Source: Vicugna vicugna (taxonomy: Eukaryota). From it: a stretch of DNA of 64,000 bases. The notes beneath the pieces were generated by a model. It was not told the DNA's origin and ran no database searches. It was given only the letters and a program-made list of their open reading frames with translations. Each line of letters opens with the position of its first letter. Within the stretch, counting starts at the first letter, position 1. This document shows, in pieces, positions 1 through 13,434 of the stretch. Location: NCBI GenBank assembly GCA_013265495.1, contig MU059614.1, positions 1,465,601 to 1,529,600 on the forward strand. The letters run 5' to 3'. Made by a program: the position numbers and the translations under genes.

Positions 1-349
1 CGTGATGTCACTGCTTGCACACACAGGCTGTTTGGATGTGTGAGTTCTGGGGTGTTGTGTACGAAACAAGTGTTACTTGTCCGTGGTTGCGTCCAGTGAA
101 ACAAGGCCACTTGCAGCCTGTGCAGAGGCCATGTGTTTCACTGCTTGCGTGTCAGTGGAAGTGTGGGCTGTGTGAAGCTTTTGTTAGAAGGGTGGTGATG
201 GTGCCCCTCTCGCGAGCCGCACAGTTGGGGTGGGGCAGGTTTGGAATTCATCTAAGACATCAGTGCCCTGTCCGAACCCCGCCTGAGCTCACAGCTGGGC
301 CATGTCTGCCAATGCCCAGGCTTCTGAAATCAGACGTTGGTGCCACCAA

Positions 350-440
350 CTCAGCTGTGTGATCCCAGCCAAGGACCCAACCTTTCTGAGCCTCTTTGCT
401 TCTTTCTAAATGTGGGAGAGACTAGTGCCTACCTTAGAGG
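350..440 (+). mobile_element. MIR SINE fragment
   Basis: ctgtgtgatcccagccaag...ctttctgagcctc...aaatgtgggagagactagtgcctacct resembles the MIR core; boundaries approximate. Confidence 0.55.
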
Positions 441-454
441 CACTTAAAATTTGT

Positions 455-1510
455 TTATAAATTGTGTTATAATACGCGTAACAAAACCTGCCGCCTTCAC
501 CATTTTGGGTGTTAATACAGTCACATTGTCATGCAGCCATTCTCTAGACCTTTTTCATCTTGCGAAACTGAAACTGTCCTCCTTAGACAAAAAATCCCTG
601 GCAGCCATGATTGTCCTTCCTCTCTATGAACTGACTACTTCGGAAAGCTCAGATAAGTGGAGTCATGCAGCGCTTGTCTTTCTGTGTCTGGCTTATTTCA
701 CTCAGTGTCATGTCCTCAAGGTTCACTCTTGTTGTAGCAGGTGTCAGAATCCCTGTCCTTTTCAAGGCCGAGTAATATTCCACGGCACGTGCGCACCACA
801 GTGTGCATCTGCTCACCTGGGGGTGGACGCTTGGGCTGCTTCCACCTTCTGGCTAGCGACAGTGGTGCTGCTGTGAACGTGGGTGTGAGAATCTCCCTGA
901 GATCCCACTTTCAGCTCTTGGGTATGTACCCAAGAGTAGAGTTGCTCGATCGTATGACTGTTCTCTTGTTAACTTTTTGAGGACACTGTCCTATTTCCCA
1001 CGAGGGCTGCCTCATCTCACATCCCCACCAAGCGTGCACGAGGGCTCCAGGTTCCCCGCAGCCTTGCCAGCACTTGCCACTTTCTGGTTCTTTGACAGCA
1101 GCCGTCCTCGTGGGTGGGAGGTGCTGTCTCACTGGTTGGATCTGCACTTCCCTAATGATTAGTGACACTCAGCGTTTCTGCTGTGGGCGTGTTGGCCTTT
1201 TGTGCACCTTTTGGAGGAACGTCTGTTCAGGGCTTTCGCCCCGTTCAGGTGGGGTTTGCCGTCGGATGGTGAGGGCTCTTGCTTTGCTGGGAAGGCTGCT
1301 GACTCCTCATCCCTTCACAGACGTCCTCTGACTCTGCAGGCTGCCGTCTTGCTGTTGACTGTGTCCTTTGATGCAGAGGAGGTGTAGCCCTTCCGCAGCC
1401 CAGTCTGCTGTTGTTTTCTGGTGTGGCCTGGGTCCTCAGTGTCACAGCCATGAAGCCACGGCCACACCCAGTGTCACAACGCTCTCCCCTTGTGTTCTAT
1501 TCTGAGAGCT
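455..1510 (-). mobile_element. Old L1 (L1M-type) 3' fragment: ORF2 C-terminus plus 3'UTR
   Basis: Minus ORF 911-1168 (SLIIREVQIQPVRQHLPPTR...KCWQGCGEPGALVHAWWGCE...LGYIPK) matches the L1 ORF2 C-terminal pattern; 455-900 resembles an antisense L1 3'UTR; boundaries approximate. Confidence 0.8.
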
Positions 1511-1709
1511 CCAGCTCTTGGTAGTTGGGACAGGGTCACGCAGGCCCCCGCCCCCACTGTGTCCTGTCCCAGAGCGAGTCGCCCCGCGCTGCTGCTGGCA
1601 CTGCCCACCTGCTTGCGGGGAGGATATGGTGGGTCTGGTCCCTCCGGCCCCCTGCCAGGGCCCCTTGCTCCAGGAGAAATGTCAACCAGTTTCCTTTCTG
1701 AATTCACAG

Positions 1710-1794
1710 AAAAGGCCACAGATGGCTCCCTGCAGAGCGAGGACTGGACGCTGAACATGGAGATCTGCGACATCATCAACGAGACGGAGGAAGG
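1710..1794 (+). CDS. TOM1L2: TOM1L2 exon 2 (VHS domain, [29 protein letters not shown])
   Basis: cacag|AA AAG...GAA GG|gtgcgt; 85 nt; peptide recognised as the TOM1-family VHS N-terminus. Confidence 0.96.
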
Positions 1795-4700
1795 GTGCGT
1801 GGGCCCCCCACCCCACCCCAGGGCGGGTCAGCTCCCGCACTCACCGCCCACCGGGCCTGCGGGGCTCGGGCTACACGCCGTGTTCCATTTCTAGTCTGTT
1901 TGCTTCAGCATTGATGAGCCAAGACCCTGCATTCTCTGTCCTCTTCTGTCCACCTCCCTGCCCAGCTCCCCAAAGGCGCTGCTTGACGTAGAGCAGTGAC
2001 CACCTCTTTGAATAACCTGCTTTTAATCACAAGTGAAAATGACGCTGCTAGGTTACTCGGCCCCCAGTGGTCATCTGTCTCTGCAGCCAGACCCCGCCAC
2101 CTCCTGCCCCTTTGCAGACCTGGGGCTGCGTCTGCCCTGCTGGACGGGAGGGGGCCCAGGGTGAGGGGGCCCACGGGAGTGGGGAGTAGGGAGGTGAGCG
2201 TTAACCCCCAGCCGCCCCTGCATCCCTGCGCTGCCGGGTCTGTATCCTCTGCTGCACCACCGCGACGTGGCATTTACGTTGCTTCCACACTGGCCACTGT
2301 TTGATGCTCTGTCCACACCACCCTCTCTTAAACCACCTCCAGATGGGGGCAGCCCTGGCCTTGCCCCGTGGCGCTGTGTTGACCAGCCTGGCCGTATGTA
2401 AACTGGGGACCTGCCTCTGCAGGCTGGTTCTGCTTTCATGCAGCGAGTCCTTACTGGGTGCCTGTCTCGGGCCAGGCCCCTGCCCGAGACGGCGCAGTGA
2501 CCAGGAGCTGACGGTCCAGAGTGGGGAGGTGGCCCCTAAACAGGACACTTAGAACACATCTGGGGCAGCAGGTGACCACACTGTGGGGGGCTGAGCTGGG
2601 TGGGCACCTGTAAACCGCCATCAGGGAAGGCCTCGCTCAGGTGGGCCCAGGACAGGACGTGAAGGCGGTGGGGCTGAAGTGTGACGGTGCTGCCCGGAGG
2701 ACTTCCCAGCACGGGTCCTGGGACAGAGCAGGGAGGTTGAGGGACACACGTCCTTCCACGGGGAGGAGCCTCTCACGGTGGCCGGGCTCCTGCCCTTCCC
2801 CGTGGAGGGTCCCGGCCTGCGCTGTCACTCCCGCCCGTGATCTCTGTGCGGCCGGGAATCTGCTTTGTTCAGTTTGTTGCACTCTCAGCACCGGGACGGT
2901 TCTTGACAGACACCTGTTGGGTGGGTGAGTACGCGGATGCGGCCTGGGGAGCTGTCTGAGGAGCAGGACAGGCAGGTGAAGGTGGGCACAACCCTGTGCA
3001 GCAAGTGCTCCATGAGGGCCGGGTGCAGCTCGGGAGAGCTGGGCGCAGGGCTTCCTGGAGGAGGTGACATCCAGGTGGAGGCCTGCAGCCCATGTGGGCT
3101 TGGCCAGGCGAGGAGAGTGGACAGGCTGCACAGTGGGATCAGGGGCCTGGCACCACCAGCCTGGGTGACCCTGTGTGGGTCTGCCTCCCGCGCCTGTCCC
3201 CTCATTTATAAAACGAGCCCCAACGGCAGGTTGCTCGTGTCACGAATGCCCTTGCCCTGCTGCCCCCTGAGCCCTTGCTGAGCCCTGGGCTCCACCCTCA
3301 AGCCAAGGGGCAGCCGTTTTAATGTGGGGGAAACTGAGGCTCCGAGTGGTTTGGTCACTGGCCGAAGGTCTCAGTGCAGTCGGGAGGGGCCAAGGCAGGA
3401 GGCTAGCCTGGCTGACCGGGGCCCAGCCGCCAAGCTGTGTCTGCCCTTCAGTTGTTTCGAGTGTCGTGTCTGGGAGGCCGTGGTCCTGCGGGCTGTCCCG
3501 AATACCCAGGGCTCAGCTTGCCTCCAGCCGGGCCCCTGTGTGGCTGTTGCTCGTGTCCTGGGTCCTTGTCATGAACTGGAGTGCCTGGCTGAGCAACAGG
3601 GCCAGTAACAGGGCCTCACCCAGGCCTACGTAATTAGGGCCCAGGCATTTGGTACGTGGATTTGGTAAACGCTCCCCAGTTGATTCTGAGGAGGCTCTGG
3701 TGAGGGTCCCCACCTGGTCACTTTTAGGACCACCTGGGACCTTCCCCAGCTCCCCGAATCCTTGTGCCCCAGCCTCCAAGCTGCGGGGGCCCAGAGGAGT
3801 AGCCCCAGGTAGATGTAGTGGAGCAGGGTGACCGCTGTGGGGGGCAGGGAGGTGTTCAGGGTGGCGGAGGGGGCACAGCCGTGCCCTCCCTGGGTGGCGG
3901 GTGCAGTTCTGGATCCGAAAGACTAGGCGGTTCAGTAGCGCTGGAAAGAAGGTCTCTTCTAAGTGTGGGGTCTGAGGAGGCTTTGGGGAGGCTGGAGATG
4001 GCCCAGGGGCCGGATCGGAGGCCCCGACCTTTCCTCCAGGAGCTGCCGGGCTAACTTCTCCCGCTCCGTCTCTCCTCTCCAGTGTCCCCAACCCTCCTCC
4101 TGTCTGATCTGCTGCTCAAAACTTTGTGCTTCTCCAGCAGAACGTTGGCCTCCTCTCTGCAGCCTCTCCCCCGGGGAGGGAGAGGAACACTTGCTCTGTG
4201 CTCCCCCAGTCACTCTCAGGCAGCAGCTCCTCAGGGGGAGGGGTTCATTCTCACTCCACCCAGGAGCCCGCTGGCTCCGGTTCCCTCCACCGCCATCACC
4301 CCCCACCCTGGAGAGCCCTGAGCGCCCTGCCCTGTCCGTGATCGCAGCCCCTGGAACCCTTCCCATTCTTCTGCTCTGTGGAAGTTCAAGAGTAGAGGAA
4401 TGAGCTGGGACTGAGGGATGGCAGCCTCAGGTCAGGAGAGAGAGAAGAATTCAAGCCGTGCTCCCCCGGCCTGCAGCTGCTGACTTTCACCGGCTCAAGT
4501 CCCCGGAGTCCTCAGCCAAGAGCTTGTCAAGTCCCGCATTTGCAGGACTCAGCCTCCCTGTTCGGAGATCAGGGACCCGCGCCCCGTCAGCCCTTCCCCT
4601 CGGGAGCCAGGGATTCCTGCCAGGCAGCCCTGCTTCAGGTCGGGGGTGGGAAGTAGGTGGCCCGGGCCTTAAGTTTCCTCCGGGAGCCTCGCCTTGCTGC

Positions 4701-5800
4701 CACGAGTCTCTGTCTGAGTTGGGCTGGTCAGCGGCGCCTCTCCCCTCCCCTCCTGCACCTTCCTCACACACTCTGGGAAGGGACTTCATTGTCTGGTAAA
4801 TAGATAGTAACTATTTCAGAACTGCAGCAGCAGGAGGCCCCTGATGTACGAACTTCAGCTTTGGAAAGACCCAGCTCATACTCACGCTGATGTGTCGGTT
4901 GTGGGAAGGCTGGAGCCCCCCCTGTGGAGGCAAAGAGCGGGCCCCCAGAGGGGTGACGGGTCAGCGGGGCAGGGGCTTCATGCCAGAGGTCACTCCTGGC
5001 CCCACAACTTTGTTGACTCCCAGCTTAGAAGTAATTAAATAAGATGTTAGACACAAGGGCTGCACCTAACAGGCGCCCTTATTGGGCTGGCGGGGACCCA
5101 CCCTCACAGCGGTACCTGGGCTTCAGGAAGAGCCGTCCCGCGAGCCGAGCAGGCAGCTGGTGAAGCGCAGCCTGTTCTCTCCATTACCTCAGAACACCCA
5201 GCTCCTTAGGTTTTGAGGGGACTTACTCAGGCTTCTCAGGGAGAAAGGGGTTCCAGGAGCCGGGCAGGCTGACCTCCAGGCCTGGCCGCTCGCTCCTTTC
5301 CCTGCAGGGAGCCCAGCCTGGGGCGCGCTAGCGCTGTTTTGAGTGAGTGGTGCCTGCGGGTGCTGCAGAATTCAAAGGGCTGCAAAAGGCGATGCAGTGG
5401 ACAGCCGCCCTGCTCCCGGGCCGCCTGGCGCCCTGCCTGGGGACCACAGTCTCCTCCCGGGCTGCCCGGCACCCTGCCCTGGGGCCGCAGTGACCTGCTG
5501 TCTGCCGCGGTCCTTGTGTGGCTCTGCCCGGCTCTGCAGACGCTGCCCACTATGTCTCAGATGCCCGAGGAGTGCCTTTGTTCTTTCCTGCAGCCGCGCA
5601 GTGTCCTGCTGTGTGGTGGACGTGGTTTACTTTGACCTGGTTCACGTGGACGGACGTTGGGTCTGTTTCCAGCCTCTCGTACCTGCAGACGAGCTGCAGC
5701 AGATACCTGTGCCGGGCTGGCTGACATGGATGGGCGTGACTCGGTAGGAAGGGGCCCCAAAGTGGGATTTGCAAGGATCGTAATCCGTCCTCTCCTCCAG

Positions 5801-5879
5801 GCCAAAGGATGCCATCCGAGCCCTGAAGAAGCGGCTCAACGGGAACCGGAACTACCGAGAAGTGATGCTGGCGCTGACC
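5801..5879 (+). CDS. TOM1L2: TOM1L2 exon 3 ([26 protein letters not shown])
   Basis: ctccag|G CCA...CTG ACC|gtgagt; 79 nt; phase fits exon 2. Confidence 0.96.
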
Positions 5880-6254
5880 GTGAGTGCTGCCCACAGCCGG
5901 CGGGAGGGCGTCTGGGAGGCACAGCCCGGGCAGCACGGCCGGCGGGTGGCTGGGTGTGTGCGCTGCTGGAGGCTAGCGGTGCCTTCTGCTGGTGCCCTGG
6001 GCTGGTCCACCCTCTGAAACGGGGGCCTTCACCTGGTAAATACCTCCAGCAGAAGATGAGGTGTGGGCAGCCTCGCCCAGGACAGAAGCCCAGGGCAGAG
6101 AAGCCCCAGGCCTGGGTGTGGGCCCCTTGCGGCCCCCAGCCTGCCATGAGGCACCAAGGCCGCCGCTTCCTTCTGACGAAAACGCTGACTCCCACCAAGT
6201 ACCTGCCCAGGTGCTAACTCAGGTGCTCCCACTAACCTTCCAGAACAGGTTCCT

Positions 6255-6320
6255 CATCCCCTTTGGCAGATGAAGAAACTGGCTCAGAGGGGCCCAGAGG
6301 GTTGCCCAGACCTCACAGTT
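6255..6320 (-). mobile_element. MIR fragment
   Basis: ccctttggcagatgaagaaactggctcagagg...ttgcccagacctcacag is an antisense MIR core. Confidence 0.5.
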
Positions 6321-6849
6321 CCTGGGGTGCCAGACTGGATTGTGGGGTCAAAACTGAACGTCACCACGCAGGTTCTTGGGAAGTCAGCCAAGCTCCTCCT
6401 TTCGGGAAGGAACAGGCCAGATTTTTGCCCTTCCTTAAAAAGTCAGAAAATGAAGACAGACAACTTCAGGTGTTATTTCTGTCTTGGAAGCAAACATCTT
6501 TTCAGATGTGGCGAAAACCGGGCTGCAGTGAGCTTCTGCCATAGAAGCTTGAACAGGCCAGCAGGTGGACTGATCTGTCGGCTTGGAGAGTGAACGACTT
6601 ATCCAAAGCAGCTGTAACTTGCTCCTTTTAAAGCGGAGAAGCCATTTGGGTTTTTCCCCCAAGTGTAAACCCAAGACTAATAGGGGAGCTCTCTGCCGGG
6701 GGCTTGGGTTTGAATAAGACCAGCTGAGGAGCAGGGGTAGAAGACTTCTGTTTTTCCCTCAGAATTTGAACCGCAGCTTTCACTCAGCCCAGAGTGATGC
6801 CCAGAATGGACTGTTTTCAGTCACTGTCATCACCAGGCAGTGAACTCTG

Positions 6850-7960
6850 AACACGCCGGCGGTTTTCCTGGTCTCTGAACCGCATCCAACTTCGCGGTAA
6901 CCGCGCCGGGTGGAGACCTCTCTGGAGGGGCTCTGCCTTTGGCACCGCACAGCCCGTGCTGGTGGCCGGGTCCTAATTGTATGGTTATAGTGATGAGCAG
7001 TGACGCTGAGTGGCTCTTCCTGGACCTGTTGGCCACATGTGTGCTTCGTTGGAGAAATATCTTTTAAGTCCTTTGCCTGCTTTTAAACCAGACGCTTTGT
7101 GTTCTTGCTGTTGAGTTGTATGAGTTCCTAGTGTATTTGGGATGCTAACCGCCCGTCAGACAGATGGTTTGCAAATGCTCCCTCCCGTTCCGTAGGTTGT
7201 CTTTTTATTCTGCCGACTGTTTCCTGTGCTGTGCAGAAGCTTTTTAGTTCAACGGAGCCCCACTTGTGCGTGTTTTTATCGCTGGTGCGTTGGGTGTCAC
7301 ATACAGAAAACCGCTGCCAAGACCCAAGTCAGGGAGCCTTTCCCTACATTTTCTTCTAGGGGTTTGACAGTTTCAGGTCTTACCTTTAAGTCCTTCATCC
7401 ATTTCGAGTTCATTTTTGTGAGAGCTGTCAGAGAGGGGCCAGCTTCATTCTTCTGCGTGTGAATGTCTAGTTTTCCCAACATCACTTAGTGAAGAGACTG
7501 TCTTCCTCCACTGCGTAGTCTGGGCTCCCTTGGCAAATGTTGGTTGACCATATGTGTGAGGTTTTATTTCTGGGCCCTCAGTTCTGTTCCCCTGGTCTGT
7601 TTGTCTGTTTTTATGTCACCGGCACACTGTTTTGATTCCTATAACTTTGTAATATAGTTTGAAATCAGAACGTGTGCTGCTTCCAGCTTTGTTTCTCTTT
7701 CTCAGGATTGTTTTGGCTGTTCAGGGCCGTTTATAGTTTCTTATGAGTTTCAGGATTTTTTTTCTGTTTCTGTGAAGTCTGTGGATGGCTTTGGGTACTG
7801 TGGACATTTTAACAGTATTAATCCTTCTGACCCAAGAATGTGGGATTCCTTTCCATTTACTTTTGTCTTCTTTAATTTCTTCTATCAACGTCTGGTAATT
7901 TTCAGAGCACAGATCTTTCATCTTGGTTAGATTTATTCCTAAGTATATGTTTATTTCAAC
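6850..7960 (-). mobile_element. L1 ORF2 fragment, decayed with an internal deletion
   Basis: Minus ORFs 7721-7981 ([47 protein letters not shown]) and 7297-7485 ([24 protein letters not shown]) are typical L1 ORF2 segments. Confidence 0.9.
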
Positions 7961-9669
7961 GTGGTCAGGTCTTTGCTGCAAATCCCACGATGCCTTTGGG
8001 AGACCCGTGAGACGTGCAGACCCGTTCTTCCCCCACCGCAGGCCCAGCCTGGCACTCGTGGGCGCATGTCTGCTGGCACCGCTCTTCCGCCTGGGTCTTC
8101 ATTCTCCCTGTCAGTTGATCTCAGTGCCCCCGCTTCCGGTGGGGCTTTCCTGACTCCGCATCTGTCCCCACCAAGACTGCCTAGGTTTCCCCAGAGAGGA
8201 GCTGCTCGAGGCTCTGAGGGGCTGTCTGCTCAGGCTTTCCTGTATTTCTGATTGCTTGGAGGCGCCCCTTGACTACTCCACGAGCATGACTCCATTCCGG
8301 AAAATTCCCACCACATCCCAGGTCCTGCAGCCCCGGGGCAGAGCTGCCTTTTCCCCGAGCAGCCTGCAGTGGGCCTTGCCAGCTGGGGGGGGCTTTGCAT
8401 CTCTGGCTCTGCTGGCTCTGTGGCCCCACTAACGGTCCGGGGTGTTTCAGGGACCACGTGAGGCAACAGGAATCGAGCAAAGGTTGCCTGTCAGAGGAGG
8501 AGGAGGCCGGGCCCTGTGCCTGGTGCGGCTCCGAGGAGGCCCCCTCCTATTTCTGGTCCAACCAGCACTTGTACCGACACCAGTTTCTCCAGCTTTCCAA
8601 GCCTCTTAACTCTAAAAAAACGGGATGACAACCTCCACTTAAAGAGAATTCATGAGTGTTGAGGATGGAGTGAAATCACATGCAATGTGAAAGAGTCTCT
8701 CCTGGGTCAGCCGTGAGGTCGCCTTCAGTTGCGTCACCGTTAGGGACTTGTGTGGCCCTGCTTTGCCCAGGTAGAGCCCCGTCGTCTGACCCCAGCCCCG
8801 AGGAATGGCTCCCCAGGTCACCAGCGGTCAGCTAGTTTGGGCAGAGGATACGTGGAGCCGTCAGCAGTGTCCCTTTGCTGGTGACGTCGTTCCCCGGAGG
8901 CAGTCCCCACTTGGGGACGTGGCATTGGCGGTGCCAGCCTGGGGCTGGATTTGCAGAGAGCCGCCCGCGAGGCCCGAGGCTCCCTCCAGTGGTCCCCCTG
9001 GATCCCAGGACCCCCACCCTCCGCACCGGGCTGTGAGGACAGCAGGCCTGTGTTGCAGACACACTCTCACCCTGACTGCAGTCCTGCCTCGGGGCACAGG
9101 CCCCACTTTCAGCCGGAGAAGCTGGCTCAGACAGACGGCCCTGGGCCCTTCAGGCAGAAAGCAGTGGGCCTGAGCTGCAAGTCCACGCCGGCCGGCCGGC
9201 CAGGACCCACAAGCGCCTCACTTTCCTGTGTGGCTGAGGCCTATGTAACTTACTTTTCCAGGGAAGGGAGGAGGGGCGGGGTCTGAATTGAACGTGGGCC
9301 TTCGAGGCGCACCGACCACACCGGGGTGAGGATCCTTGGCCTGCTGCTGTGGATGCAGCAGCAGGTGTGGGGGCCATGGGGTGTGAGTGTGTGTTTGCTC
9401 CCTCATGTAGGGAGGCCTGGCCAGGACTTAAACGCTCATGTTGGCCCCACTGAAGCACCAGCCTTCTCCTTGTGCAGAGCTGGTACCCCAGTCAGCAAGG
9501 AGCCACCGTCTTCCTGGATGAGGCCATGTGGGGACGCCTGTGCCCTCTGGGTCTGACTCCGGAGGAGACGTCGGAATGGCCTCCGGGAGGAGGAGGGGGT
9601 GCCGAGAACCAGCTGCTCCTGGGAGGGACTCCCCGGTGCTGACCCCTCTCTCCGTTCCTCCCGCGTCAG

Positions 9670-9819
9670 GTGCTGGAGACGTGCGTGAAGAACTGTGGCC
9701 ACCGCTTCCACGTCCTCGTGGCCAACCGAGATTTCATCGACAGCGTTCTGGTCAAGACCATCTCCCCCAAGAACAACCCCCCCACCATCGTACAGGACAA
9801 GGTGCTCGCCCTCATCCAG
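9670..9819 (+). CDS. TOM1L2: TOM1L2 exon 4 ([50 protein letters not shown])
   Basis: gtcag|GTG...ATC CAG|gtaggt; 150 nt; VHS core. Confidence 0.97.
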
Positions 9820-9940
9820 GTAGGTGGCTCGGCCGCGTCCCGCGCGGAGGCTGCTCAGGTGTGGCCTCCTCTCAGAGGGTCCTCGCGCTTTCCCATCATT
9901 TGGAGGAAAGAACGGAGGCTTCTGGGTTTAAATCCCTGTT

Positions 9941-10203
9941 GAGACATTCTTTTTTTTTTAAACATTTTTTTTATTGAGTTATAGTCAGTTTACAATGTTG
10001 GGTCAAATTCCAGTGTCGGGCACAATTTTTCAGTTACACATGAACATACAGACGTTCGTTGCCACGTTCTTTTTCGCTGTGAGCTACCACCAGATCTCGT
10101 ATGTATTTCCCTGTGCTACACAGTATAATCTTGTTTGTCTATTCTGCATACACCTGTCAGTACCTACAAATTTTGAACTCCCAGTCTGTCCTCGAGACAT
10201 TCT
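9941..10203 (-). mobile_element. Young 5'-truncated L1 3' end with 10-bp target-site duplication
   Basis: GAGACATTCT at 9941-9950 and again at 10194-10203; poly-T (minus-strand poly-A) at 9950-9959; body resembles the camelid L1 3'UTR from memory. Confidence 0.8.
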
Positions 10204-13200
10204 GACTTTCTATCATTACCCCACTGGGGTAAAGCCCTCAGCGGTGGCTGTCCAGCCAGGTGACAGGCCACTGCTGGTGTTTTCTGGGCGCCTGGCCCTC
10301 GCTGCCCACAGGGGACAGGCCTCTGAGCCACCAGGGTCGCCGTGCAGTGGGAGGAGCCATGCAGAGGCACGTGCAGGGGCCGCACCACGGGGCGGGGTGG
10401 GGCGGGGTGGTCAGGGTTCCCTGAGGACGTGGCACTTCTCTTGGCCCCTGTAGGGTGACCAGCTGGGTGGGAGGGCAGAGGGCAGGAGGGCAGGCAGAGA
10501 GCAGTGTGGTAGAGGCCCTCCACCCCCAGAGGGCGGCTGGCACTCGGGACACGTTCATTGTCTCTGGCTCTGTGACGGACGGCCCCAAACTCAGCACTTC
10601 CACAGCAAACGTGTATCGTCTCTTAGCGTCCAGGGAGCAGGTGTCCAGGAACAGCTCTGCTGGGTGGTTCTCCTGAGGTTGCGTCAGGGCGTCGTTCGGG
10701 CTGCCTCATCTGAAGGCCCGGCCACAGCCAGAGGAGCCACACCCAGGGCACCCCCCACGTGGCTGTTGGCAGGAGGCCTGAGTGTCTCACCATGTGGCCT
10801 CTTGAGTGTCCTCGTAACATGGCAGCAGGTGCCCAGAGTGAGGGGGACACTGCGGCGCCTTTTAGGGCCGCATTGTGGAGCCACGTGTCACGGTTTCTGT
10901 CGTGTTCCGTTGGTCAGAGGGAGTTCCAGCCTCAGGAGCAGGGGATTCAGCTGCAGACCTTCCTGAGGAGAGCGGAGGGTGTGGAGGAACGTGGAGCCAG
11001 GCCCTGGTGTGCTGAGAGGTGCAGGGGTCGCAGGCAGGAGAGGAGGCTGCGCTGTGTCCGGCAGGCGGTGGGGCGCGGTGACCGTCTCTTAGCCCCTGCC
11101 GACAAGGGCTGTGCTGTGGAGAGGAGAGACCAGGGCCTGCGGGAGCTGAGGGGAGGGGGGACCCCGGGCTGAGGCACAGGGCTGGGGAGCCGGGCAGCTG
11201 CGGGCTCTGGCTGTTCTTTCTCCTGCGCCCTTTGCCTGAAAGGCTGCCCCAGCTCCTTGGCCTCCCCACAGCCTGGGTGGGCAAATGCCTGCAGTCTCTG
11301 GGCACATCTGCACAAACCTGCGCGGTCTGGAGCCGTAGAGCCGTGGTCAGGAAGTCACTGTTACTCGTAATGAAGGATGAGCGCAGTTCGCCAGCGGCGT
11401 GAGGAAGGGGTGGTGGGGACCGGGCGGCCGGGCCCGCGGAGATCCTGGGGAGGGCAGTGCCTGGAGACCCCGACTCTGGGGACGGAAGTCTGGTCCCAGA
11501 GCATCAGCAGGACATGCCAGAGCCTCTTTTTATCCAAAGAGCAGAACCCCTAGTTTAAGTCAGCAATTACTTATTGATCTGAAATTTGATGATTTGGAAC
11601 TTGAGGAACAGGGAAGTGAGCGGTGCACATTTGCATGAGGTTTTAGTGTGGCCTTTGGTGTGCAGGCTGAGGGTGAAAGCATGACTCTCTCCCCTTGGAC
11701 CTTCCTCTGGGTCTCCCAACCCCCAACTCCGGGGCTCAGGCAGGAAGAGGGAGGGACTGGGCAGCGGGGTGGACGCTCCACGGCTGACTGCTCGCTCCCG
11801 GACGGACCCTCTGCTTTCCAACGGGCAGCTTGCCAGCACCCGTCTGCCGCTCCCTGGCTTCAGGTCGGGGACCAGGGACAACCGGGCCAGCAGAGGCCCG
11901 GCCCTGGAGTACAGCCTTGACTCTCAGCCGGGCCAGCAGTCTAGGGGGCTCCCATGTTGTCACTGTCACCTCAGCCCGTGTGCCGTCCTCCTCTGCTCCT
12001 GAAGCTGGACGGTTAGGACGCTGAGTAACCATGAGAACGTGTTCAGCCTGACGGGACAAACACGGACGAACTGCCTCCTCTCTGCCAGGCGAGACCCAGC
12101 CGTGGGCACCGTCCCAGGAAGGAGCCAGAGGCTCGTGGCGGCGTCTCTGCGTCCCCCGCATCATAGCCTTCAGCAGGGAGAGCATACTCCGCTGGCAGCC
12201 CCGCGCCGGCAGGCACAGGGGTCTCGAGCGGGAACAGGAGGGGAGGGAGGCCGTTAACCACCGCTGCCTGGTCGGTTAAATGCCAGATGCCAACTCCGGC
12301 TGCCTGGGCCAAGGGGGCGTCTGTCCTGACGAGGCAGGCTCCCCAGGGCCCCCTTGAGCTCTTTGTCGCCCCATAGCAATAAGGGGAGGGGGAAACAGAA
12401 GAAAGGAAAGCAGGAAGCTTCTGTCACGCTTTTTCTCCCCAGCCTCCCACAGCGGGCTGGGAAACTGGTCTTAGACTCCAAAGTTTAGACCCTAAATGAA
12501 ATGCTGGCACATTTTGGAGCTGTGGTCACGGGACTCAGCTGGATGTCGGGTTGGGGGGTGCAGCTGGTGGAGGGTGGGGCTCTGGGCGCTCCCCTGGGGC
12601 CCATCCAGGAAGAGGGGTCGGCCAGGAGGGCTGTCCTGCCGCGGCGTTCAGCCCCGGGCAGGCAGGTTGGACAGGTGGACCAGGGAAGCCGGCCTACGGC
12701 AGGGTCTGTGGTGAGATGCTGAAGCGGGAGGAGCAGGTGAACGAGGCTTTTTGGAAACTGACCTCGTCACATCAGGCGGTCCGCTGCTTAGAGGCAGGGT
12801 GTCTGTGCCCAGGGAGGCGGGAGGCAGCCACACCCGTGACAGCGGCAGAATTGCAGGAGCGGCGCTGCCCTCTCCTCGGGGCGTGTGGCCGGGGCCCTTG
12901 GGATGCGCTCTTTTTTTGATACGTCCTGTAACTTCCGAAGAACAGAATTTTTAAAAGATGTTAGCAGTTTCATGGATCGACAAGTGGCCGTCTGTGGGTG
13001 TTTGTTCTCTCCTCTCCATTGGTGTTTTATTTAGGGACCTAGTGGGCATGCTTTCTGGTGGGCTTTTCCTTGCGGGCATGGAGGCAGGCGCTGTGGGCAG
13101 TCACCTCACCCGTCGGACGGGCGGGCGTCTCCGCTTCGGCTCCCTCATCTGCTCTGTCTGCCTGGGGCTCCGCCTGCTGGGCTGAGCGGAGGGTGGAGGC

Positions 13201-13434
13201 CGCCTGCTCCTGCCCTTACACGTCCTGCTGGCACAGCCTCGCAGGCCCTCCAACCCGATGTCGCCAGGCGTTGATCTCCTGGGATCAGGATGCTCTGCTT
13301 TGCAGGCTGAGCCTGGGTGCCAAGGTGCTGCTTCCCGGCTCCTCTCAGGGAAGCGCCACGTGCAGGATGGCGTGGAGGCTTGTCGGGGCACTGCGCCCCC
13401 CGGGCGCTCCCTCACCGGCCCCCTTTCCCCCCAG

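Noticed and set aside
7297-7981. ORFs with protein-like composition as a possible nested gene
   Set aside because: They are fragments of a broken L1 ORF2
10522-10535. CTCF-like motif CCCCCAGAGGGCGG
   Set aside because: Mismatch at a key position; such matches are frequent in GC-rich DNA
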